From the NCBI GenBank assembly GCA_963666835.2, contig CAXXGO010000006.1, forward strand, positions 2,496,001 to 2,560,000: 64,000 nucleotides of DNA, given 5' to 3'. The stretch's first letter is position 1. Every line of letters begins with the position of its first letter. Under the pieces are notes generated by a model that saw only the letters and a list, made by a program, of their open reading frames with translations, was not told where the DNA came from and did no database searches. Position numbers and translations under genes: made by a program. Shown one piece after another: positions 1-9,066 of the stretch. The stretch comes from Phycisphaerae bacterium (GTDB taxonomy: Bacteria; Planctomycetota; Phycisphaerae; UBA1845).

Positions 1-3000
1 GGGGCGTGCTGTCTGACGGACGAATCATGCGAAGAGCTGACCGAGGGGGCCTGCCTGAATCAGGACGGGCTGTATCACGGGGACGGGACGGCTTGCCCGG
101 AAGCCCCGGACCCCCCGCGTGACTGCAGCCGGGCGGCGTGCTGTCTGCCCGACGGCAGTTGTGCCGATACGACGGAAGAACTCTGCACGGCGGCCGGCGG
201 TGATTACACCTCTGGCCAGGACTGCGACGGTCATACCTGTCCCGAAGGTCGAGCCTGCTGCTTCGAAGGTCGTTGCGAAATTCTGACGGAGGACAAGTGT
301 GATGATGTCGCAGGTGTCTACCAACGCGACGTGCTCGAGTGCGATGCCGACGCCTGCACGGTGGGGGCCTGCTGTTTCGAAGACCGGGAGTGTGAGAACC
401 TGACCCGGGACGCTTGCGCGGACGAAGACGGTACGCACGCCGGCGTTGGTACGGATTGCGGATTGGGCACGCCCTGTTCAATCGGGGCATGCTGCCTGCC
501 GGACGGGCGCTGTGCCGAGATGTCGGAGGGGGCCTGCGCGGCCGTCGATGGAACGTACCAGGGCGCGGCGGTGGTCTGTGATTCAGACATGTGTACCCTC
601 GGAGCCTGCTGTCTGACCACCGGAGGTTGTGATGTTCTCACGCTGAACGAATGTGCCGGCGAGGGCGGTGTGCACCGCGGTATTGGAACGCTCTGCGAGG
701 AAGGTAGCGATATTTGCACCCGCGGAGCCTGCTGTCACGACGATCGGGAATGCGAGGACTCACTCTTCAGCGATGAATGCGGCGATGGTGAGTTCCACCC
801 GGACACGGCCTGTGCCGATGCCGGCTGCACGCCGATTGGGGCGTGCTGCCTCGTGGGCGGTACCTGCATTATCCGGACCGAGGCGCTTTGCCAAGGGCTC
901 GGAGGAACTTACCGCGGCGATGAGGTGGAGTGCGAGGAAGACACTTGTGTTACCGGGGCGTGCTGTAAGCATGACGGCCGGTGTTTCGCGGGCGGCTTCG
1001 CGAGCGAATGCCCGGCGGAGCTCGGGGTGTTCGAGGCCGGGGTGAACTGCATCGTGGCCGACTGTCCCGCCGCCAGCGCTTGCTGCGACGATTTTGATGA
1101 GTGCTCGACTCTGACCGCGGATGCCTGTGCGGCGAGCGGCGGTACCTCTTTCGGGGCCGACGTCTATTGTGACGACGGCAGTTGCCCCGGGGCGTGCTGC
1201 CTGCCGGGCGGCGGGTGCGTGCTGGCTTCCATGGAGGCATGTGAAGATGAGTTCGGTGGTGAGTATCACGGTGATGCGGATTGCAGCTCGTACACCTGCG
1301 GCGGGGCGTGTTGCCTGAGTGACGGCGTGTGTCTTTACCTGGCGGATTGGGAGTGTGTTGAGGACGACGCGGTGTTCTCCGTGGGGCAGGACTGCGAAGC
1401 GATTACCTGTGATCCACGGGGGGCGTGCTGCAACTCGGGCACGTGCAGCGGTAACGTCAGCCAGGCCCAGTGCGAAGCTGGCGGCGGCATTTATCTGGGG
1501 GATCTGTCGGATTGCACCGGCGGGCCTTGCGACCTCGGCGGCTGCTGCCACGAGGATGGCGCCTGTGAAGACGGCTTGATTGCCATGCAGTGTGCCGGTC
1601 CGGAAGACGACTTCAATACCGCCGGTTGCGGGCTCTTCACGTGCGATGCACCTGCGGCGGCGTGTTGTCACAGCAATACCGGTAATTGCAACGTACTGAG
1701 CAGGACCGCGTGCGATTCGAAGGGTGGGTTGTATCACTTCGGGATCGCGGAATGCGGCTCCACGTGCCTTGTTACGGGAGAAGCGTGCGTTTGTGGTGTT
1801 CCGGCGGCCTGCCGGAAGTACTGTTCCCTGGATTCGGATCTGACCTGCAGTACGGACTTGGATTGTGCCAACGCCGATGCAGGGACGTGCGAAGCGCAGA
1901 GCTGCATATCTCCGATGTGCGTTGAGGGGGCGTGCTGTACGGTGGACGGGGTCTGCTTTGACGAAGTTGTGGAGTCCGAGTGTCCGGGCGTCAATGACGA
2001 GTTCACCATGGGGTACGATTGCGACTCGATCGGCGATTGTGAACCGCGGCGCGCTTGCTGTACCGGGTACGTTTGCGAAGTGCTGACCCAGGCCGACTGC
2101 ATTGCCGGCGGCGGCTCGTGGAGTACCACGGTGACGGATTGCCCGGCGGACTTCTGCGAGACCGGGGCGTGCTGTCGAGCCGATGGAACGTGTACCGTCG
2201 GCACCGGGCTGCAATGTGCGCATAACGCAGGCGTGTTCCAGGGGGCCGCAACGGCGTGCGATACCTGGGACGGTTGGTGCCATGCCTGTTGTGCGATTGG
2301 TGAAGAGTGCTTCGAGACGGGGGTTACGAGCCTCTGTGACGATGTCGACGGCCAGTTGGTTGACGGGCTCTGTGCCGACAACCTGTGCCCGGGGGCGTGC
2401 TGCAAGCTGGACGGCTCCTGCGAGGATCTGACCCAGGCCGAGTGTGCAAGCCTGTCCGGTTGGTTCTCCGCGGACTTAAAGTGCGGTGAGTTTGCCTGCC
2501 CGGTGTACGGGGCATGTTGTGCGGGCGGTCTGTGTGAGATGAGCACGGCGAACGAATGTGCGGCGATCGGAGGAGTTCACTTCGCGGGCGAGATTTGTGA
2601 TGCTGGCCTCGATTGCTCGCTGGGGTCGTGCTGTGATTACTCCGACGGAGCTTGTGCGGAACTGCAAGTGGCCTCGCTTTGTGCCGGGCAGCCGGAAGTG
2701 TTCTACGTCGGTTTGGCCTGCGGGGTGAGCGCGTGCAATAATCCGGAGTATCCGACGATTAGATCGTCGGACCCGGTCAGCGGGTCGGTGGACGCGCGCC
2801 AGCCGCATCCTGTTGACGACGCGACCAGTCCGGCGGGATGGGATACGGTCTTGCTCCGGTTTGAGTCCAGGTATGCCGCGGATGTCGGGGACCTGACTCC
2901 TAGTGACTTCGTGGTGACTCAGACTGGTGGTATCCAGCCGGCGCCCACGGTTCTCACGGTCGACCAGACCGGTTTGCCGGCGGACGTGGTGCGGCTGACG

Positions 3001-3303
3001 TTGAGCCGGTCGATCGAACCGGATTCGTGGACGAAGATTACCCACGAGGATAGCGATACGAGCGTGTGCCTCGGATACCTGCCGGCCGACGTTAACCAGA
3101 GCCTGCTCAGCGATGCCGATGACATCGGGGCGATGATTGCCTGTTTGAATGCTCCGGGATCGTGCCAGCAGTGGCAGGCCGACGCCAATCGTAGCGGGGC
3201 GGTCGACGCGCAGGATATTCTGCGGACGATCGATCTGCTCAACGGTGGCGGTGAGTTCACCTCGTGGAGCGGAGAGACGCTGGACGCCTCGCCGTGTGAT
3301 TAG
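1..3303 (+). CDS. Large Cys-rich (GACC-repeat) secreted/surface protein with C-terminal Ig-like and dockerin-like region; 5'-truncated by the window edge
   Basis: Frame 1 is open from base 1 (GACCLTDESCEELT...) to TAG at 3303. About 22 xxCC-initiated ~37-aa repeats, typically six Cys each. C-terminal paired Ca-loop motifs ADVNQS..DADDI and ADANRSGAVDAQDI. Confidence 0.9.
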   Translation, partial: GACCLTDESCEELTEGACLNQDGLYHGDGTACPEAPDPPRDCSRAACCLPDGSCADTTEELCTAAGGDYTSGQDCDGHTCPEGRACCFEGRCEILTEDKCDDVAGVYQRDVLECDADACTVGACCFEDRECENLTRDACADEDGTHAGVGTDCGLGTPCSIGACCLPDGRCAEMSEGACAAVDGTYQGAAVVCDSDMCTLGACCLTTGGCDVLTLNECAGEGGVHRGIGTLCEEGSDICTRGACCHDDRECEDSLFSDECGDGEFHPDTACADAGCTPIGACCLVGGTCIIRTEALCQGLGGTYRGDEVECEEDTCVTGACCKHDGRCFAGGFASECPAELGVFEAGVNCIVADCPAASACCDDFDECSTLTADACAASGGTSFGADVYCDDGSCPGACCLPGGGCVLASMEACEDEFGGEYHGDADCSSYTCGGACCLSDGVCLYLADWECVEDDAVFSVGQDCEAITCDPRGACCNSGTCSGNVSQAQCEAGGGIYLGDLSDCTGGPCDLGGCCHEDGACEDGLIAMQCAGPEDDFNTAGCGLFTCDAPAAACCHSNTGNCNVLSRTACDSKGGLYHFGIAECGSTCLVTGEACVCGVPAACRKYCSLDSDLTCSTDLDCANADAGTCEAQSCISPMCVEGACCTVDGVCFDEVVESECPGVNDEFTMGYDCDSIGDCEPRRACCTGYVCEVLTQADCIAGGGSWSTTVTDCPADFCETGACCRADGTCTVGTGLQCAHNAGVFQGAATACDTWDGWCHACCAIGEECFETGVTSLCDDVDGQLVDGLCADNLCPGACCKLDGSCEDLTQAECASLSGWFSADLKCGEFACPVYGACCAGGLCEMSTANECAAIGGVHFAGEICDAGLDCSLGSCCDYSDGACAELQVASLCAGQPEVFYVGLACGVSACNNPEYPTIRSSDPVSGSVDARQPHPVDDATSPAGWDTVLLRFESRYAADVGDLTPSDFVVTQTGGIQPAPTVLTVDQTGLPADVVRLTLSRSIEPDSWTKITHEDSDTSVCLGYLPADVNQSLLSDADDIGAMIACLNAPGSCQQWQADANRSGAVDAQDILRTIDLLNGGGEFTSWSGETLDASPCD

Positions 3304-3363
3304 AAAGTGCGGCTGAGGCCGGCAAGGCCGGCGCTTCGGCGACAGGATTGACGTACTAATACC

Positions 3364-3405
3364 GGTGCCGTGACGGCGGTTGATCCCGCAGTCGCGGCAC
3401 CTTTT
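3364..3405 (+). terminator. Rho-independent terminator
   Basis: GGTGCCGTGACGGCGG...CCGCAGTCGCGGCACC stem followed by TTTT, about 60 nt after the stop codon. Confidence 0.7.
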
Positions 3406-3414
3406 CTATACTGT

Positions 3415-3630
3415 GGGTGCCCCGTCCTTCGCCTTGGGGCGTATCACGGTAGGCAGGAAGCTCCGTCTTCAGATGCGGCTACGGTATGCGCACTACACTC
3501 CAGGCGATGGGTGGGGAATCGATGGCGGAAGGTGGGTGCCTGTCGGATTCCCGTCCATCCCCCACCCAATCCGGCGGCGAGTGGGCGCGGCTGTTCCAAC
3601 CCAACGAACGCCGGAATAGACGGGGCACCC
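3415..3630. repeat. 216-bp intergenic element bounded by 12-bp perfect inverted repeats (MITE/REPIN-like or structured RNA)
   Basis: GGGTGCCCCGTC (3415-3426) and GACGGGGCACCC (3619-3630); nested inner stem GGGTGGGG...CCCCACCC. Confidence 0.45.
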
Positions 3631-3639
3631 GCCCGACCC

Positions 3640-3668
3640 TTGACGTTGTACGGGGCCACGGCTAGCTT
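3640..3668 (+). promoter_or_regulatory. sigma70-like promoter of first response regulator
   Basis: TTGACG-N17-TAGCTT. Confidence 0.45.
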
Positions 3669-3700
3669 GCGGTTACGCTCTCTGAGGGGTTTCGGTCATC

Positions 3701-4102
3701 ATGCGTGAACGGGCTTTCATCCTGATCATCGACGACGACGGCGATTACCGCGCGTCCACCCGGGCTCTGCTGGAGGGGGAGGGGTTCGAGGTCGCGGAGG
3801 CGGACAGCGGTCCGGCCGGGCTTGCGGCGATCCGGCAGCGCCGACCGGATCTGGTAGTCCTGGACGTGATGATGGATGGGCTGGAGGACGGATACTCCGT
3901 CAATCAGGCGATCAAGTTTGGTGCCCGGGATGAGGATCTGAAGCCGATACCGGTTGTGATGGCTTCGTCGGTAGGGCTGGATCCGGCTAGTTTGTACGGA
4001 TGGATCGGCGACACGAGCCCGATCACACCGGATGCGTATCTGACCAAGCCTCTCGATATCCCGGTCTTTCTCGACACTGTGCAGAAGTTGCTGGCGAAGT
4101 AG
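3701..4102 (+). CDS. Stand-alone response regulator receiver protein
   Basis: IIDDD, phospho-acceptor in LVVLDVMM, YLTKP; no output domain. Confidence 0.92.
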   Translation: MRERAFILIIDDDGDYRASTRALLEGEGFEVAEADSGPAGLAAIRQRRPDLVVLDVMMDGLEDGYSVNQAIKFGARDEDLKPIPVVMASSVGLDPASLYGWIGDTSPITPDAYLTKPLDIPVFLDTVQKLLAK

Positions 4103-4146
4103 GCCGGGCGACAGACCCCGTTACGCGGGGGGCTTACAATCCAGAC

Positions 4147-4175
4147 TTGACCGTTTCGTTGCGAAGGGCTACGTT
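4147..4175 (+). promoter_or_regulatory. sigma70-like promoter of second response regulator
   Basis: TTGACC-N17-TACGTT; AGGAGG SD just before the ATG at 4201. Confidence 0.45.
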
Positions 4176-4200
4176 AAGTCCGTCAGATTATTAGGAGGCG

Positions 4201-4608
4201 ATGCCCATGTCGGCACAGGCCGAGATCCTGATTATCGATGATGACGAGGACTACCGGGCCTCGACGCGCGCTCTTCTCGAAGGGGAAGGGTACACGGTGC
4301 GGGAGGCGACGTCCGGACGGGACGGGTTGGACGCGGCTCGGGCGAACGTGCCGGACCTGATCGTGCTCGACATAATGATGGAGAGTCCGGTCGAGGGATA
4401 CTCGGTCGTGCAGGCCCTGAAGTTCCGTAGCGACTATGCCGACCTGGCGCACATTCCGATTGTCATGGTTTCCTCGGTCCAGCAGGATCCTGCGAGCCTC
4501 TTCCCGATGTCGGGTGAGGCTGACCTGATCACGCCGGACGCATATTTTACCAAACCGATCGAGATTGCCGGCTTCCTGCAGTGCGTGAAGCGTATGCTGG
4601 GAGAGTAA
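4201..4608 (+). CDS. Stand-alone response regulator receiver protein (paralog of upstream gene)
   Basis: IIDDDEDYRASTRALLEGEG, LIVLDIMM, YFTKP. Confidence 0.92.
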   Translation: MPMSAQAEILIIDDDEDYRASTRALLEGEGYTVREATSGRDGLDAARANVPDLIVLDIMMESPVEGYSVVQALKFRSDYADLAHIPIVMVSSVQQDPASLFPMSGEADLITPDAYFTKPIEIAGFLQCVKRMLGE

Positions 4609-4675
4609 GCCGGGGCGGAGTTGGACTGCCTCGCAGGGGGCTGCCCGGCGGGCGACATGAACGGAGTCTGCAGCC

Positions 4676-5815
4676 GTGAGCGGTTACTCTGCGGAAGGCG
4701 AGGCGATCATTGTAATCGACGACGATGATGCCATGCGCCGGGCATGCCAGGCAGCCTTGCGACGCCCCGGGTATCGGGTCGAGACTTTCGCCGATGGTCC
4801 CTCCGGGCTGGCGCGGATCGAAAAGGCGGACGTCGGGTTGCTGATCGTCGACCTGAAGATGCCGGGAATGGGCGGGCTGGAGGTGATCGAAAGGGTCAGC
4901 CGGACCAACCCGGATATCGTTATTATCGTGATTACAGGTTTCGCCACGGTTGGTACGGCCGTGGAGGCTATGAAGGCTGGAGCGTACGACTTCATCCCCA
5001 AGCCGTTTACCGCAAATGAATTCCGCGTGATCATTGCCCGCGCCGTGGAACGGCGCCGGCTGGCGATGGAGGCGAAGCGTCTCCGGCGGGAGAAGGAAGC
5101 GCAGGCCCGCAAGTTCATCACGTTCGTGTCTCACCAGTTACAGTCTCCGCTCGGGGCGGTACAGCAATACCTGGACGTGCTGCGTCATCAGTCCGACGAG
5201 TCGATCCCGGCGAAGTACCGGGAGTGGATCGATCGTTCCAGTCGGAAGATCGCGGACATGCGCGAGGTGATCCAGGATTGGCTAACGATTTCAAAAGTAG
5301 AGGGTGGCCAGTTGGCTACCGAACGGAAGGCGGTTGGCTGGGGCGAACAGGTCGACAAGGTGCTGGAAACCTGTGCGACGTCCGCCGGCGAGCAAGCGGT
5401 AACCTTGCACGGTGATCTTCCGGAGGACCTTCCACCGGTGCTCGGCGATGCCACGGCGATGCGCATGGTCCTGGCGAACCTGGTTACCAACGGCGTTAAA
5501 TACAACCGCCCGGATGGCGAAGTGCGGGTCACGGCTTCGGCCGATGAGAACACGGTCAGCCTGTCGGTCAAGGATACGGGGCTGGGGATTGCGCCCGAGC
5601 AGATCGAGCAGGTGTTCGAGGAGTTCTTCCGCATAAAAGACGAGAAGAGGGCGGGCATCGGTGGCACGGGGATGGGGCTACCGATCTGTCGGAAGATTGC
5701 GGAGGAGCTGGGCGGACGGATTCTGGTTGAAAGCACTCCGGGCGAAGGCTCGACCTTTACGGTGGTTCTGCCCCGTGCCTCGGCCGATGATGCGGCGAGC
5801 GATACGCAACCATGA
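4676..5815 (+). CDS. Hybrid receiver-histidine kinase
   Basis: N-terminal receiver (VDLKMPG, FIPKPF); H-box SHQLQSPL; N box NLVTNGVKY; G boxes DTGLGI and GTGMGL. Confidence 0.92.
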   Translation: MSGYSAEGEAIIVIDDDDAMRRACQAALRRPGYRVETFADGPSGLARIEKADVGLLIVDLKMPGMGGLEVIERVSRTNPDIVIIVITGFATVGTAVEAMKAGAYDFIPKPFTANEFRVIIARAVERRRLAMEAKRLRREKEAQARKFITFVSHQLQSPLGAVQQYLDVLRHQSDESIPAKYREWIDRSSRKIADMREVIQDWLTISKVEGGQLATERKAVGWGEQVDKVLETCATSAGEQAVTLHGDLPEDLPPVLGDATAMRMVLANLVTNGVKYNRPDGEVRVTASADENTVSLSVKDTGLGIAPEQIEQVFEEFFRIKDEKRAGIGGTGMGLPICRKIAEELGGRILVESTPGEGSTFTVVLPRASADDAASDTQP

Positions 5816-7911
5816 AGCCCTTCCGTTGGATACACTCGCTCAAGTCTCGGATAGTCATCACCTATTCGTTGATTCTGATTCTGGGCGGTCTGTCCACCTC
5901 GACGATCGGCATCCACATAACCGGGCAGGCGCTTCTGGAGCAGGGACGCCGGCAGATGGTGTACGGGCTGGCCACCGCTCGCGGAACCTATGACCACCGC
6001 TTGCAGGAGCTGCGGCAGAGCGTGGAGCTGCTCGCCTCGAGCGGGCGGCTGCAGGCGGCGCGGGCCTCCGATCGGCCGGACCGCGTCGCGGCGTATTTGC
6101 AAACCGTACGACGCGAGCAAGGCTGGGATTTCCTTTCGGTCGTGAACCCGGACGGTGAGGTGATCGTGCGGACGTCCGGGCGGGCGCGAGTCGGCGATAA
6201 TGCCACGACCATCGCCCCGGTGCAGCAGGCGCTGACGGGCGATCCGGCCGCGAGTACGGAGGTTATTCCGTGCGAGCGGCTCTACGCGGAGGATCCGGCA
6301 CTGGCGGAGCGGGCGGCGGTGAAGCTTGTTCCAACCCCTCGGTCACCTCCGCCCGACCGGCAGGCGCTATTCTCCGGAATGGTGATGGTGGCCGCGGCGC
6401 CGGCGGTCGATGAGGATGGGCGGATCGTGGCGGCGGTTTACGCCGGGCAGCTAATCAACCAGCCGGATGTGGTGGCCGAATCCGTGGGACGTCACTGGTT
6501 GGTGGAGGAGATAGATTCGGCGTTGCAGTCCGGTGCGGAAGGGGACATGCGTGACGGGAGCATCGCGACGGTTCTACAAGGCGACGTGCGGATTACCACG
6601 AACCTCGTCGATGCCCGAGAACGACGAGCTGTGGGAACATGCGCTTCGGCGGCCGTCCGGGAGACCGTCCTGGGCAAAGGGCGGCCGTGGATCGGGCGAG
6701 TGTTTGCGGTCAATGACTGGTACATTGCGGCCTATGAGCCCATCACGAACCTGGCTGGCGAGCGGATCGGGATGTTGGCGGTGGGACTGCCGGAGCAGCC
6801 GTATACGGCGGCCCGCGATGAGGTGACGCTCAGCTTTGCGATTATTGCGCTGGTCTGTTTCTTGCTGATCGTAGTGGCGACGTATTTCCTGACGCGAAGC
6901 CTGGTGCGTCCGTTGGAAGAGATGGCCGAGGTGTCGCGGGGCATTGCCGCGGGGGATCTGAGCCAACGCGTGCATGTCACCACGACGCAGAGTGAGCTGG
7001 GGCTGCTCTCGACTTCGTTCAACGACATGCTCGATCGTATCAGCCAGATGAAAAGTGAGCTGGAGCAGTGGGCGCGGACCCTCGAGAACAAGGTCGAGGA
7101 GCGTACCGAGCAGCTCATTAAGGTCCAGGCTCAGGCAGCGCGTCATCAGCGGCTCGCTTCGGTAGGACAGTTGGCGGCCGGGGTGGCTCACGAGATCAAT
7201 AACCCGTTGGGCGGGATTCTCACCTTTGCATCGATCGTGCTCGAGGATCTGCGTCCGGATGACCCGCACCGTGAGGAACTCGAAGAAGTCGTTCGGCAGG
7301 CGGTGCGGTGCCGCAAGATTGTCACCGGCCTGTTGGAGTTCTCGCGCCAGCGCGAGACTCAGAAGGCGTTGGCCGACGTCAACCAGGTGGTCTATCGGAC
7401 GCTGCAGTTATTGGAGACGCAGGCACTCTTTCATGACATACACGTGTCCCGGAGATTGGATGCGAACATGCCGTCGGCGGTTATGGACGAGTCGCAGATG
7501 CAGCAGGTGTTCATGAACCTGATTCTCAACGCGGTCGACGCGATGGACGGGAAGGGGAACCTGACCATCGAGACCAGGCACAGCAAGGAGAAGAAGGAGA
7601 TCCTCGTGCGGGTCACCGATACCGGCTGCGGCATCCCCCCGGAGATCCGCGAGTCGATCTTCGATCCGTTCTTTACCACCAAGGACCCCGGAAAGGGCAC
7701 GGGTTTGGGGCTGGCGGTGTCGTGGCGAATCGTCCAGGCGCACGGCGGGCGGATGGACATCGAGAGCGAAGTCGGCAAAGGGACCGTCTTTTCCGTTTAC
7801 TTGCCGCTGGTAACAAAGCTGCCCATGACTGACGAAGCCGATGATGCCGGCTCTTCAGCGCGGGAATCTGCGGGCGAGCCTGGGGATTGGGATGATCCGT
7901 CGGGCGGGTGA
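5812..7911 (+). CDS. Membrane sensor histidine kinase (Cache-HAMP-HisKA-HATPase, NtrB-like)
   Basis: Two TM segments; HAMP (LVRPL...ELGLLSTSFNDM); AHEINNPL; NAVDA; FDPFFTTK; GTGLGL. ATGA overlap with the upstream kinase. Confidence 0.93.
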   Translation: MKPFRWIHSLKSRIVITYSLILILGGLSTSTIGIHITGQALLEQGRRQMVYGLATARGTYDHRLQELRQSVELLASSGRLQAARASDRPDRVAAYLQTVRREQGWDFLSVVNPDGEVIVRTSGRARVGDNATTIAPVQQALTGDPAASTEVIPCERLYAEDPALAERAAVKLVPTPRSPPPDRQALFSGMVMVAAAPAVDEDGRIVAAVYAGQLINQPDVVAESVGRHWLVEEIDSALQSGAEGDMRDGSIATVLQGDVRITTNLVDARERRAVGTCASAAVRETVLGKGRPWIGRVFAVNDWYIAAYEPITNLAGERIGMLAVGLPEQPYTAARDEVTLSFAIIALVCFLLIVVATYFLTRSLVRPLEEMAEVSRGIAAGDLSQRVHVTTTQSELGLLSTSFNDMLDRISQMKSELEQWARTLENKVEERTEQLIKVQAQAARHQRLASVGQLAAGVAHEINNPLGGILTFASIVLEDLRPDDPHREELEEVVRQAVRCRKIVTGLLEFSRQRETQKALADVNQVVYRTLQLLETQALFHDIHVSRRLDANMPSAVMDESQMQQVFMNLILNAVDAMDGKGNLTIETRHSKEKKEILVRVTDTGCGIPPEIRESIFDPFFTTKDPGKGTGLGLAVSWRIVQAHGGRMDIESEVGKGTVFSVYLPLVTKLPMTDEADDAGSSARESAGEPGDWDDPSGG

Positions 7912-8089
7912 TGACGCCCAGTGCCGCTCCCAGAAGGGTTGTCTAGGGTCCTTCCTCCTTTACAGGGGCTTGGTTCAAAGGAGCAGACTTCAAGCCTGCG
8001 CGACCCGCCGAAAGCGCTTGAGTTGATTTCGCGGTGACGGCGTTACGCCGGGGTCTGCCTTTCCGATCGCGGGGTTGAAGACTTCAAGG

Positions 8090-8926
8090 ATGACGTATTC
8101 GACGGATATTCTGTTTGTTCTCAACAGACTGCGCTGGCCCTGGCGAATACCGGTGAAGTGGCTGATTCTCGGTTTTACGGTGCTTGGCGTGTGTTTTCCG
8201 AATCCGGTGATCCTGTATCGCCACCTGGACCATTGGCGAGACCCGAACGCTCTTATCGAGCCGAATGCGCCGGGGGTCCGGGCGATGGCCGACGAACTTC
8301 GACCGACCATCGCCGACGATACGCCGCCTCACGAGGTTCTCCATGCCGTGCAGGATCTGGTGTATCGCAGCGTACCGTATGAATGGGACTGGAACACGTG
8401 GGGGTCCGCGGATTATCTCCCAACTGTCGGCGAGGTGTTCGAACAAGGGCGGGAGGATTGCGACGGGCGGGCGGTCGTGGCGGCTTCGGTTCTTAAGCAG
8501 CTCGGGTACGAGGCGACCCTCGTGACGGATTTCGCCCACGTCTGGGTCCGAACCGAGGTCGGGGAGACGATGAGCCCCGGGGAGACTCCGGCGATCGTCG
8601 TGGGCGAGAAGGGGATCGAGATTCAGAGCCACGCCTTTGCCGAGATGTTGAGGGCATCCACTTTGGGAATCCGGGTGTTTCCGCTGTTTCGAGAGTTGAT
8701 CGTAATCGCCGTTGCCTGGTGGTTGCTGTGGTCGCCCGGGGCTCCGCGGTGGTATGCGCTGACCGCGCTGGCATCGCTGGTGGGCGGGCTGCTGTGCGTG
8801 CGGGCGTACGGGCCGCTTTCGATCGTGTGGTTGCACGGGGCGGGTTTGGTCATGATGCTGGTCGGGGTGGTGTTGCCTCTGTGGGCAGCGCGTGGTTTGC
8901 GTGGCCGAGCGCGCGAGACCGTTTGA
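8090..8926 (+). CDS. Membrane protein with transglutaminase-like (Cys-His) domain
   Basis: GREDCDGRAV and DFAHVWV motifs; N-terminal TM and three C-terminal TMs. Start could be 8075 or 8090. Confidence 0.7.
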   Translation: MTYSTDILFVLNRLRWPWRIPVKWLILGFTVLGVCFPNPVILYRHLDHWRDPNALIEPNAPGVRAMADELRPTIADDTPPHEVLHAVQDLVYRSVPYEWDWNTWGSADYLPTVGEVFEQGREDCDGRAVVAASVLKQLGYEATLVTDFAHVWVRTEVGETMSPGETPAIVVGEKGIEIQSHAFAEMLRASTLGIRVFPLFRELIVIAVAWWLLWSPGAPRWYALTALASLVGGLLCVRAYGPLSIVWLHGAGLVMMLVGVVLPLWAARGLRGRARETV

Positions 8927-9066
8927 ACACGTCGCTTGTTGTAGGATACCTGTGTTGCTGTAAGTAGTTGTCCTAGCGATGTAATGCTCCTTTGCATCGC
9001 CCGATAGGATTGCTACGCTTGGTGTGGCGTAGACATCAGAACCGAATTACCAAGAGGATCTGACCA

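Noticed and set aside
760..2546. Long minus-strand ORFs (507 and 270 aa) over the GACC gene
   Set aside because: Antisense shadows of the repeat protein.
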